A program made the translations under genes and the position numbers. The notes under the pieces were generated by a model. That model made no database searches. It had not been told where the DNA came from and saw only the letters and a program-made list of their open reading frames with translations. Shown here piece after piece: positions 35,459 through 45,776 of a stretch of 64,000 nucleotides of DNA. Origin of the DNA: Octopus sinensis (Eukaryota); assembly GCF_006345805.1 (NCBI RefSeq), contig NW_021831832.1:408-64407 (forward strand), in the 5' to 3' direction. Each line of letters starts with the position of its first letter. The stretch's first letter is position 1.

Positions 35459-35869
35459 ACAGTTCTATATTTAAGAGATGAATTATTTACAGTTGACGGA
35501 TATTTGTCCTCATCTTGTTTGTTGTTAACACAACATTACAGTTGATATACCTTTCAGCCTTCATCAGGTGTCTTGGGGAAATTTCAAACCTGGGGTCTCA
35601 TTCCTAAGGTATTTTTCGATGTTATTATCATTATTGTTATATGGGCATATGGCATAGTGGTTAAGAGCGTGGGCTACTAACCTCAAGATTCCAAGTTCGA
35701 TTCCAAGCAGTGACCTGAATAATAATAATAACATCGAAAAATACCTTAGGGAATGAGAACTCAGGTCCAAAATTTCCCCAAGACACCTGATGAAGGCTGG
35801 AGGGTATATCAGCTGAAACATTGTGTTAACAAAAACAAGATGAGGACAAATATCCGTCAAATGTAAAAA
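35459..35869 (+). mobile_element. 411-bp element: inverted tail + tRNA-like Pol III head + tail with hammerhead-like motif (mirror at 54288-54698)
   Basis: 14-bp TSD atggccattgaaat (35445-35458 and 35870-35883). ~150-bp inverted arms. A box tggcatagtgg at 35650-35660 and B box gttcgattcc at 35695-35704. Confidence 0.8.
35782..35827 (+). ncRNA. Decayed minimal type-I hammerhead ribozyme-like motif (Penelope type)
   Basis: gacac-CTGATGA-a-ggctg[gagggtatat]cagct-GAAA-catt-gtgtt. Stem I is gacac/gtgtt. Two deviations are CpG-type transitions, and there is one extra A after the core. Confidence 0.6.
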
Positions 35870-38229
35870 ATGGCCATTGAAATGCTTAACAGAATCTGTA
35901 GCTAGAACTATATTTTTTCATAGTTGAAAGGTAATTGGGACATCATTTATAAAAAGGATCTTTAAGATTTTATCAAATTAGCGGATTTCCACCACCACCA
36001 CCCTCAAAAAACCAGGTAAAGGAAGTATTTTAAACAGGTTAGAATTTGTCATTTCAACTTCAAGACTTTTCAACATTTGACATCTTTTAGAAGCGGAAAA
36101 TATATACATTGTTGCAGATATGCTTTAAGGTAACGTTATGCCAGCTACACAAGATGAACCAAAGTTGTTAACTGGTTTTTGTTCTTTTTTATTGTTCGAC
36201 CGTGGTCGAGACAATGGAATTTACTATCATAGCATTTTATGATAGCATTACTATCACGGTCCATCATAGCATTACGGAGGTCCTGTTGCTGGATGCCTGT
36301 ATTACATCAGGGTAGGAGAGTGTGCACCTTCTGGTATCATGAGCAGATGGCTTCCAGGTGTAAGTACAGTGAGTCAGTTTGCATGACCTGACCAGACTTT
36401 GGGATGGATGCATTTCAGAGTGGTTATCTCCTCTACAGCAACAAGAGACTAGAAAGACAGATGCTGGGAACTGACATGGTGGGACAGGTCCCTCTTGTGT
36501 TTTGGTCCACACTGTAAAGTGGTTGGCATTTGGAAGGTCATCCAGCTGAAGAAACTCTGCCAGATCAGATTGGAGCCTGGTGTAGCCATCTGGTTCGTCA
36601 GTCCTCAGTCAAATCGTCCAACCCATGCCAGCATGGAAAGCGGATGTTAAACGATGATGATGATGACGACGATGATCTATGCACCTCACATAATATAAAC
36701 TTGTTACCAGTTCAAATCTGTTTGAGGCATACTCAAACCTGTAAAAAAAGAAAAAAGGCCATTCACTGTATTTTGTCATAGAGAAAATTTTTCTCCTGTA
36801 CACAAATAGGTGTAAGTACTGTGACCCAGTTTGCAGCATGACCTGACCAGACTTTGGGATGGATGCATTTCAGAGTGGTTATCTCCTCTACAGCAACAGA
36901 GACTAGAAAGACAGACGCTGGGTACTGACAGGAGGAAGTAACCACTCCAAAATGTCTGCATCCAACAATCTGGCAAAAGTGATGCTCTGAGCTGACTTGA
37001 TGTAGTTACACCTTTTTACCTACAGCGAAAAATTTTCATCATGGCAAAATACATAAATAGCTTTACAGCTTAAAAGAGATTTGAACTGGGAACAAGCTTG
37101 TATTAATTTTAATTGATTTTTAAAATTTTGACAGGATATCTGAATGTTAATCCTGACAGTTTTTGTGTTTTTTATGGCACAATTTTTACTATTCTAAGTA
37201 AAACCATTGGGCAATTTTTCAAGATTCTTGGTGTTTTGTTAAAAGTTTGGAGATAATAGCTTCTTATCCAAATCTTTAAGCTTTTAATATTTGTTATTAA
37301 AATTGGTCTCTAAAACTTCTTGGGTTCTTTGAATTATTTTTAATGATTTCATGACAAATTTATGTATAAGCCTAATATTCTTTTCTTTCTTAAATAACTG
37401 CAAGTTTAATTTAACAATATTTGATAGCCTACATATTTTAATATACTGCCTTCAATCTCTTAGCATTCTAGACTTTCTTAAATATCTACAATAATAATAA
37501 TTGTATTTGCAAATCCAATAAATTATTTTTGTATCCTAACTTTTGTCTCTTGTCATTCACACATTTTCAATAAATCTGGCACCAATTTCAAATAAATTAC
37601 ACTGAAGAAGAACAAGTTTAGTCAGGTGCAGTGAATTACTTAATGTTTCACATTAATCTGTCTTTGGAAACGTCGCTACATTCTTGCATTCTGCCTTTCA
37701 CTGGATCGTGTTTTGGCACTGTTCTTCAAATTTGGATATTTAGTTTTTGTATTTGGTTTGCAAGATTATTGATGCAAAATCTTGTTGGAACAGATTTTGT
37801 TGTATCTTGGGAGGGTCATTAAGCCAATACTAGTAAAACACACACACTGGTTATATTTCACTTCTATTATTAATTGATTAGTTAATCATTTAGCTAATTA
37901 ACTGGCTGATTAATTGCTCAGTCAATCAATTAATCAGCTAGGTTTCTTAAAGTCCTTTCATTGCTATTCACAACCTCATCGATGTGCCTCTACCCCAAGT
38001 TTAGATATTTTGACCAAATAACAAATAACTAAAAAAAAAGGAGGAAAATGGCTGTGTGGTTCAAACGCTTGCATTGCAACTATATGGCTTTAGGTTCAGT
38101 CCCACTGTGTCACTTTGGCCAAGTGTCTTGTATTAAAGCCCTGGGCCGATCAATGCTTTGTGGGAGATTTTTTTTTTTTTTTAAGACAGAAACTGAGCAC
38201 CACACAACCATGCCTGGAGAAAAAAATTA

Positions 38230-38622
38230 TCTCTCTCTGTATATAAAGCTGAAGTCTGTGTAATGCAGGTTTGGTAGCCTTCAACTAACACTATCTCATC
38301 CGAGACCCTGCGGCACAAGTTGACCAAAATTGAGAGTATGATAGAAGAAGGCTTGCTCTTCCTTCCGTAGAAGAAAAAATTCCAATCAGACCATGTTAAC
38401 ACCAAAAATTATTTACTTCAAAAAGGTGCTTTTTTTCTATGAAAATCCCTATTTTTACGATTTTTTGACTGCTGTGTCGCCATTTTCAACCGGTGTATTT
38501 CAACCAGAAAAATGTTCACTTAAAGAGAATAACAAGCTACATAATGCAAAATTTTTACTTTTCAAAAATTCCAATTCTAAAGGGTCGAAACAAACCCGAG
38601 CAACGCCGGGCGATACTGCTAG
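38230..38622 (+). mobile_element. Non-autonomous Helitron-type element (mirror at 51535-51927, - strand)
   Basis: A|TC start; ends cccgagcaacgccgggcgatactgCTAG|T, the same 3' end as the 63154 element. Confidence 0.8.
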
Positions 38623-38861
38623 TTTATTTAAAAACTGATTTACTATTTATGAAAGCCTGGGCCACTGAAGATCAGGACAGGCCCAGCTGGGATCATTTCA
38701 TCTCCATTGTGACGGATCATTTTGAAGCTGAATGACAGGAAAGAAAATGGAGGCTGCAATAACCAAAACCTCCATTACGGATCCCTTGTGAACTTTGCAA
38801 CAGACGCCTCCATGCAAGAATCGGCCTCCTTAGTCATCAGGGGTATAAATACGGACATAGG

Positions 38862-39205
38862 CCGTAGCCAGTACCGCATTGACTGGCCTCCGTGCTGGTG
38901 GCACGTAACAAACACCATCCGATCGTGGCCGTGCCAGCCTCGCCTGGCCTCCGTGCTGGTGGCACATAAAAAACACCATCCGAGCGTGGCCGTTCGCCAG
39001 CCTCGTCTGGCACCTTTGTCGGTGGCACATAAAATGACCCACTACACTCTTGGAGTGGTTGGCGTTAGGAGGGGCATCCAGCTGTAGAAACACTGCCAGA
39101 TCTGACTGGCCTGGTGCAGCCTTTGGGCTTCCCAGACCCTAGTTGAACCGTCCAACCCATGCTAGCATGGAAAGCGGACGTTAAACGATGATGAGGATGA
39201 TGATG
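38862..39205 (+). mobile_element. RTE tail copy (mirror at about 50935-51278); further short tails at 35295-35410 and 36508-36676 plus their mirrors
   Basis: Conserved tail block and (gat)n end. Confidence 0.82.
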
Positions 39206-39426
39206 AGAGGGGAAGAAGTGGTCAAGAAGAAACCAAATAACTTACCAGACACACGATTAAACGCCACCGCCAACAACTGTCCATGAAATAGTATTTTAAG
39301 AAATGGTACTAATGTTACATGTGACCAGGACATGCAAAACAAGGGGTTAACTTAGGTTTTACGATTTTCTATTTAGTGAAATTACAGTTTCTTTAAGCAT
39401 ATTCAGTGAATGATCAGATAAGAATA

Positions 39427-39921
39427 GCGTCAATTCTTGAGTATAATATGCAGGGGATTTTTAGGGGGCTGTACCTCTTATAAACCTAAACCTTGTGTAT
39501 AATACGCACCCCTTCTCTAACTTGAGTCAAGGAGGTCTATATAACGTCCATGGTTTGTAAAACTGTATACGGTAACGTCCTTTATTATTATTTTATGTAT
39601 AACATAATGCAAACGTGTAGCTTTTTTGTGCATTTTGTTTGCAGAAAATAAAGAAATAACAGTAATAAAGTTTAATAAGTGTTGCTTACTGCAAGTTATG
39701 GATGATTCTTTTATGACTTCATTGCTTTCAGGTTTAGCTTAAGGTATTTTCGCACCCTACATCGCAAAATGCGTCTGAATAAACATTGCCGGACAGCAAA
39801 GAGAGACTCAGACATTGCTTAGAAAATAGTTTTCATTTTTAACCTCGTATATAGTATGCACTAGGGATTTTGACCTTTAAATTTTGGGGGAAAAATGAGG
39901 ATTATACTCGAGGATTTACGG
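39427..39921. mobile_element. Tc2/pogo-like non-autonomous element (mirror at 46813-47306)
   Basis: TA flanks; TIR ccgtaaatcctcgagtataa is intact at one end and degenerate (gcgtcaattcttgagtataa) at the other. Confidence 0.6.
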
Positions 39922-40343
39922 TAAGCTATGAAAAATGTGTCACTTGGAAGCAGCGAACAAGGAGACGGAGACTCAATGAAACAAAAAGAGAAAACCAAAA
40001 GACAAGTGACTGCAGCTCAATGGAGATGAAGATGAGAATAGTTTTCATGAGAATGTAGCGATATTGATATCCTCACTCTTTGAGAGACACAGTAAGAATG
40101 ATCTCGTTTGAGATTACAACCATCTTTGGCTAGTTTGACCCTGTTGTGTCCACTGCTCTGATTGGTTGGCATTTTGTGCGGTTTGTCTCCCTACTTATTT
40201 TGCTCTAGCGTAAAGCCAACCAATTACAGCCTTCGGATAAAGCCTACTTTAGATGCCCTTCTTTGAGCCAGTTTAACTCCTTAAATAAGCTAGCATTTTC
40301 ACTATTCTTCGTCTTTCGGCTTTAGACCTTTTAAGGTCTAGTC

Positions 40344-40545
40344 CAGTGCTTTTTAAACTTTTTGCTGAAGCGGAACCCCAAGGAAACATTCCACTGGCGC
40401 GAGGAACCCCTGTGCAATAATTATAATTGTCTTATGCACATATATCTGCACAGGAGAATTTAAAATTACTGTCGATTTTAGCATTTTTGTAACTCCTTGC
40501 GGGACACCTGGACTGTACTGGCGGAACCCTGTTTGAAAACCACTG
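40344..40545. mobile_element. hAT (Charlie-like) MITE, 202 bp (mirror at 46190-46391)
   Basis: 8-bp TSD gtctagtc on both sides; TIR cagtg(c/g)tttt..aaac. Confidence 0.85.
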
Positions 40546-42361
40546 GTCTAGTCACTGACCACAGAGCTACTCAGCCATGTTCCAGTTCCAGCGATAGATG
40601 ACCAGCCTGGATTAGCACGAGTACAACTTTCTGTAGAGCAGCAAGAATGGAAGTTGACACAAAATGTAGAACAACACATCACAACTAATTTCTCATGAAC
40701 AAAATAAATAAATTCTAAAACAAAGTGGTAAATAGCTTGTCAGAAACACCAGTGGCTTCCTCAATAACAACATCAACTGATGATGGTTAAGAATGGAATT
40801 GTCAAAACAATGTTGGATATTGCAAGACATTGATGACCTAGATTCCATGCTAGAAGTATCTGTGTCAATCAGTCATAGTTACATTCACATGAGGTACCAT
40901 TATTGTAATGTTCATGGAAGAGTGAACTGGAGCAATATTGGCCTAATTTGAGTTTGGTCATCATCATCATCGTTTAACGTCCGCTTTCCTTGCTAGCATA
41001 GGTTGGACGATTTTATTTGAGGGCTGGCGAACCTGATGGCTGCACCAGGCTCCAATCTTGATCTGGCAGAGTTTCTCCAGCTGGATGCCCTTCCTGACGC
41101 CAACCACTCCGAGAGTGTAGTGGGTGCTTTTTACGTGCCACCAGTTTTATTCCACAGTAGCTCAAGGACTCTCAATTCATGGAGTTCTTCAAAAATTTTT
41201 TAGAGCCACAAGAAATATTGTTACAAGATGCACCATCCTGTCTGAAAACGTCTATATTTCCGAAGCACAAATTTGACGAATCATTGTCTGAGAATGGCTA
41301 CAGATAAAAAAGAAAAAAATTCCTGGGAGTTCTCTCCAGCAGTTCTTGTCCTGCGTCTTCCAGAGACCAGTGTCTGTCCTTAGGGCATCAACATATGTCA
41401 TCCTCGGTCACCATCTTCTAGTGTGTCCCGTGTAGGGGACTCTCACAGGAGCAGTGAGTGCTGAATCAACTCTGAATGATGGTGAGAGCGTGACCAGCAA
41501 ACTCCAGTCTCCTCTGTTATTTTCGGGCTAATCGGGAGGCTCTTGTACAGCTCTGAGTTCTTCATCCTCAGTGTATATTGTTTAATGGGTACTACTTAAG
41601 AAGAGTGGTCCCGGACACAAAGTAAATAAACACAAAAACACAAAGTAAATAATTTTTTAAACAAAGTAAATAACACAAAAAGGATCGACTAGCGCGCACC
41701 GGGACCATTGTTCTCAAATAGGGTAAAATTAAAGATTAACACCCGCACGATTTTCACTAAGAAAAAAAAAAAAAACTCGGATTTTTTGCGTGGAATGAAG
41801 TACCCTGACCTCCTAATATGCTGCAAATCCCATATTTTGGTTCGGAATTGCTCCGGAAAGGGGGGGTACCCCCCCCCCGGAATTTTCACGAGTAAAAAAA
41901 AAAAAAAACCTCGGATTTCTTGCGTGAAATCAAGTACCCTGACCTCCTAATATGCTGCAAATCCCATATTTTGGTCCGGAAAGGGGGGTAATCCCCCCCT
42001 GAATTTTCACATGGAAAAAAAAAAACGGATTTTTTAGATACCTTTCTGCTTTTTAAGACAATAAAGTGTTATTGGAGGGAAATCTGGCTGCTATTTCTAG
42101 CTGCCTGAATGACAACATAGCGATTTACAGATAAATGAATTAATTACTATTTTACAGAATAAAATTAATGAATTAATTATATAAATTAAATAATTCTTGA
42201 AAATTAATTAATATTAATAATATTTTTTAAACAAAGTAAATAATTTATAAAACTTAAATAATAATTTTTTTTACACAAACGCGAACGTATATAATTTGTG
42301 AAACTTTTTTTTTTTTTACAGACGTATATAATTTGGTAAACTTAATGAATTAATTTCTTCA

Positions 42362-42727
42362 CATCATCATCATCGTTTAACGTCCGTTCTCCATGCTAGC
42401 ATGGGTTGGACGGTTCGACCGGGGATCTGGGAAGCCAGGAGGCTGCACCAGACTCCAGTCTTATCTGGCAATGTTTCTACAGCTGGATGCCCTTCCTAAC
42501 GCCAACCACTCCGAGAGTGTTGTGGGTGCTTTTTACGTGCCACCCGCACAGGTGCCAGGCGAGGCTGGCAACGGCCACGGTCGGATTGGTGCCAGTCGAG
42601 GCTGGCAACGGCCACGGTCGGATTGGTGCCAGTCGAGGCTGGCAACGGCCACGTTCGGATTGGTGCCAGTCGAGGCGGCTCTGGCATCGGCCACGATTCG
42701 GATAGTGCTTTTTACGTACCACCAGTC
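42362..42727 (-). mobile_element. RTE tail with a 37-bp internal repeat x3
   Basis: gaggctggcaacggccacggtcggattggtgccagtc at 42561, 42598 and 42635. Confidence 0.85.
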
Positions 42728-42814
42728 CAGGGGTACTTGATTCCACGCAAAAAATCCGAGTTTTTTTTTTTTTCTCTTAGTGAAAATCGTGCGGGTGTTA
42801 ATCTGTAATTTTAC

Positions 42815-43084
42815 TTTTTCTTTTTTTCATCGTTGACTCATCGTAGACATTTTTAGAGAGTTACTTCCCTTATATAATAGCGAAAAAATGCATTAAAATG
42901 GGAAAAAATGATGGTAATTTTTTTTTTAAATCGTAGACGCGCGCTAATACCCAGAAGGGCTCGATATGAATGATGACTATAAGATACCCGCTTTTGGTTA
43001 CACTGCACCGCAAAATGTGGGAGTAGTTAGGAATCTAAATCGTAGGAGACAGACAGCACACAACCTCTCTTTTATATATAAAGA
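42815..43084 (-). mobile_element. 5' part of a related Helitron-type element in the palindrome spacer
   Basis: Minus strand begins A|TCtttatatataaa...tgtctgtc and shares ttaccatcatt...taactctctaaaaatg with the 63154 element. No 3' CTAG end was identified. Confidence 0.55.
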
Positions 43085-43588
43085 TTTTTCATTGCGTCTT
43101 GCAACCTTTTCAATAGTTTTGACAAAATGCTTAAGTTTTGAGAGTGAAGACTATTGAAAAGGTTGCAAGACGCAACGAAAATTTTAGGACAATAAAAATA
43201 AGAAAAAAGTGGAAATTTTACCGGTGATTTATTATAAGGCACAAAAAGAAAATGACCCTCCCCAGACACAATAGATCATAATACTTAATTTCATTGAAAC
43301 TATTAGCACATTAAATTAGCCTCATTTTTTAATATTTTCAGTGTCATTAATCATAATAATACATTTTGGTCCCGGTGCGCCCACTCGCGCATCCGCACTA
43401 GCTAGTCATGACTAGTCGATCCTTACTTTGTGTTTTTGTGTTTATTTACTTTGTTTAAAAAAAATTATTTTATTTTATGTTTTATTTACTTTGCTAGGAG
43501 AGTCATTGTAGGATCGACTAGTCACGACTAGCTAGTGCGGATGCGCACACCGGGACCACTGTTCTCAAGTAGTTCCTAATACTTAATT

Positions 43589-44054
43589 TGGCGATCTTTC
43601 GTCTCTAGTAGACCTTTCCGTCGATTTCCGTAAAAAAAATTTTTTTTTTACATATGGGCTTGCGGTAACTTTTGAAGTAATATACATACATATACACATA
43701 CACCGAGTAAAAAAAATCAGTTATCTCTTTCTTTCAAACATTACTCTCTCTGTCTCTTCACACACACTAACAGAAGCACTTCACTTACACAACATACTGT
43801 CTGTCTCCCACACCGCATCAAACACACACACACACACGCACACACACACACCACACGCACACACACACACACACATGTACATCAACGCTTCCCCTGGACG
43901 GTAACTTCAAAAGAACTTCCCTCGTCATACAATCGCTTTCTCTTAGTCTCTTTCGCTGTCATTACTTCTAAAGTTCCCGCAAGCCCATATGTAAAAAAAA
44001 AAATTTTTTTTACGGAAATCGACGGAAAGGTCTACTAGAGACGAAAGATTGCCA
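43589..44054. mobile_element. 466-bp foldback/MITE-like element with ~93-bp TIRs
   Basis: 43589-43681 is the reverse complement of 43961-44054. No clear TSD. Confidence 0.7.
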
Positions 44055-44575
44055 TTATGCCTTCTTGGAGTGTTCGACATTCGACTTTTGCCGGCATGGA
44101 AGCCAACAGGAACACTTTCGGGTGTTCTGCTGGCATCAGTTTGAAGAGATAGAGGCATGTTTGCAAATAAGAGTTGTTAGCCGAAACTATAGCAAAAGCA
44201 CCGAGATTTTCTCTTGCTATGTGTCGTTTCCTTCTAATGGGTGATAGACAACTCAAATGAAGGCATTGTTATCGTTTTACGTGTTTATTTGCTTTACATG
44301 TTACACGAACTGTCCGACATTCAGCATAGTAATACTTATATACTTCAGACACAGTTCGTACTGTTTACTAATAAAATAGTGCCAAAAGTGGGGATGTATT
44401 CTACACACGTATGCCTACGTATACACATAGATATGAATGTGTAACATCTCTTCCATCGCTGCAGTGGAGTCTGTGCTGTTGCACGGGTCTAAGACTTGGA
44501 CATTGGCCAAGAAACTTACTCAGATGGTGGATGGATGCTACACGATAATGATGAGGATGGCTCTGAACATTAAAT

Positions 44576-44807
44576 GGTACTATTTAAGAAGAGTGGTCCC
44601 GGTGCGCCCACTCGCACATCCGCACTAGCTACTCGTGACTAGTCGATCTTTACTTTGTGTTTTTGTGTTTTATTTACTTTGTGTCAAAAAAATTATTTTG
44701 TGTTTTATTTACTTTGCTAGGAGAGTCGTTGTAGGATCGACTAGTCACGACTAGCTAGCGCAAGTACGCGAGTGCGCACACCGGGACCACTCTTCTTAAG
44801 TAGTACC
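44576..44807. mobile_element. MITE with ~75-bp imperfect TIRs, possibly Merlin-type; related copies at 41588-41725 and 43367-43576
   Basis: GGTAC...GTACC termini; 8-bp TSD cattaaa(t/c). Inserted into an RTE fragment (MALNIKW) spanning about 44440-45070. Confidence 0.65.
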
Positions 44808-45384
44808 CATTAAACAATATACACTGAGGATGAAGAACTCAGAGCTGTACGAGAGCCTCCCGATTAGCCCGAGAATAACAGAGGAGACTGGAGTTTGCTG
44901 GACACGCTCACCATCTTTCAGTGCTCCTGTGAGAGTCCCCTACACGGGACACACTAGAAGATGGTGACCGAGGATGACATATGTTGATGCCCTAAGGACA
45001 GACACTGGTCTCTGGGAGACGCAGGACATAGCAGTGATGAAGGACAAGAACTGCTGGAGAGAACTCCCAGGGATTTTTTTTCTTTTTTATCTGTAGCCAT
45101 TCTCAGACAATGATTCGTCAAATTTGTGCTTCGGAAATATAGACGTTTTCAGACAGGATGGTGCATCTTGTAACAATATTTTTTGGTGCTCTAAAAAACG
45201 TTTTAAAGAACTCCATGAATTGAGAGGCCTTGAGCTACTGTGGAATAAAACTGGTGTCACTGAATGGTTTTCTCCTGAAGTATTTTGTATCTGTTGAATC
45301 AAATATAAATGATTTCTGAGGTTCTTCAGATAAATCTGGAAGTTTTTCAATAGGGATTCAACTAGATTTATATCAAATAACAGG

Positions 45385-45776
45385 CATCCGTGCTAGCAGG
45401 GTGCAAAGAGCACCATACGAGTGTGATCGTTTGACAGAGCAGCCAACTGGCTTCCGTGTTGGTGGCATGTAAAAGGACACCATTCGAGCGTGATCATTAC
45501 CAACGTCACCTTACTGGCACCTGTGCTGGTGGCATGTGTAAAAAGATTCGAGCGAGGTCATTGCCAGTACCGCCTGACTGGCCCCCATGCCAGTGGCATG
45601 TAAAAGGCACCCACTACACTCTTGGAGTGGTCGGCGTCAGGAAGGGCATCCAGCTGGAGAAACTCTGCCGGATCAAGAATGGAGCCTGGTGCAGCCATCT
45701 GGTTCGCCAGCCCTCAGTTAAAATCGTCCAACCCATACTAGCAAGGAAAGCGGACGTTAAACGATGATGATGATGA
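45385..45776 (+). mobile_element. RTE tail of the subfamily closest to the satellite (truncated left-arm copy at 40958-41144)
   Basis: Contains caccattcgagcgtgatc...gcctgactggc subunits resembling satellite subunits A, B and C. Confidence 0.8.

Larger units (their letters stand above)
26192..41614. repeat. Left arm of large inverted duplication (outer end not visible: the right arm runs off the window)
   Basis: Base 64000 pairs with 26192 and 44781 pairs with 41614. Exons, transposons and ORF-track entries are mirrored in order. Confidence 0.95.

Noticed and set aside
35643-35718. Possible tRNA gene (also the heads near 700-782 and 33274-33376)
   Set aside because: The acceptor stems are incomplete, and each head is embedded in a repeated or TSD-flanked element, so these are SINE-type heads rather than tRNA genes.
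39870-40058. 62-aa ORF identical in both arms (mirror at 46676-46864)
   Set aside because: It starts inside a transposon terminus, has no recognisable motif or splice context, and its identity is explained by recent duplication.
43279-43589. 13-bp direct repeat taatacttaattt around the middle MITE copy as its TSD
   Set aside because: The upstream copy lies about 75 bp from the TIR remnant and its length does not match the 8-bp TSD of the intact copy; AT-rich chance or a secondary rearrangement is likely.
44582-44800. piggyBac/Kolobok assignment of the central MITE from its TTAA words
   Set aside because: The inverted symmetry continues 8 bp beyond TTAA, and an 8-bp direct repeat flanks the GGTAC/GTACC ends.
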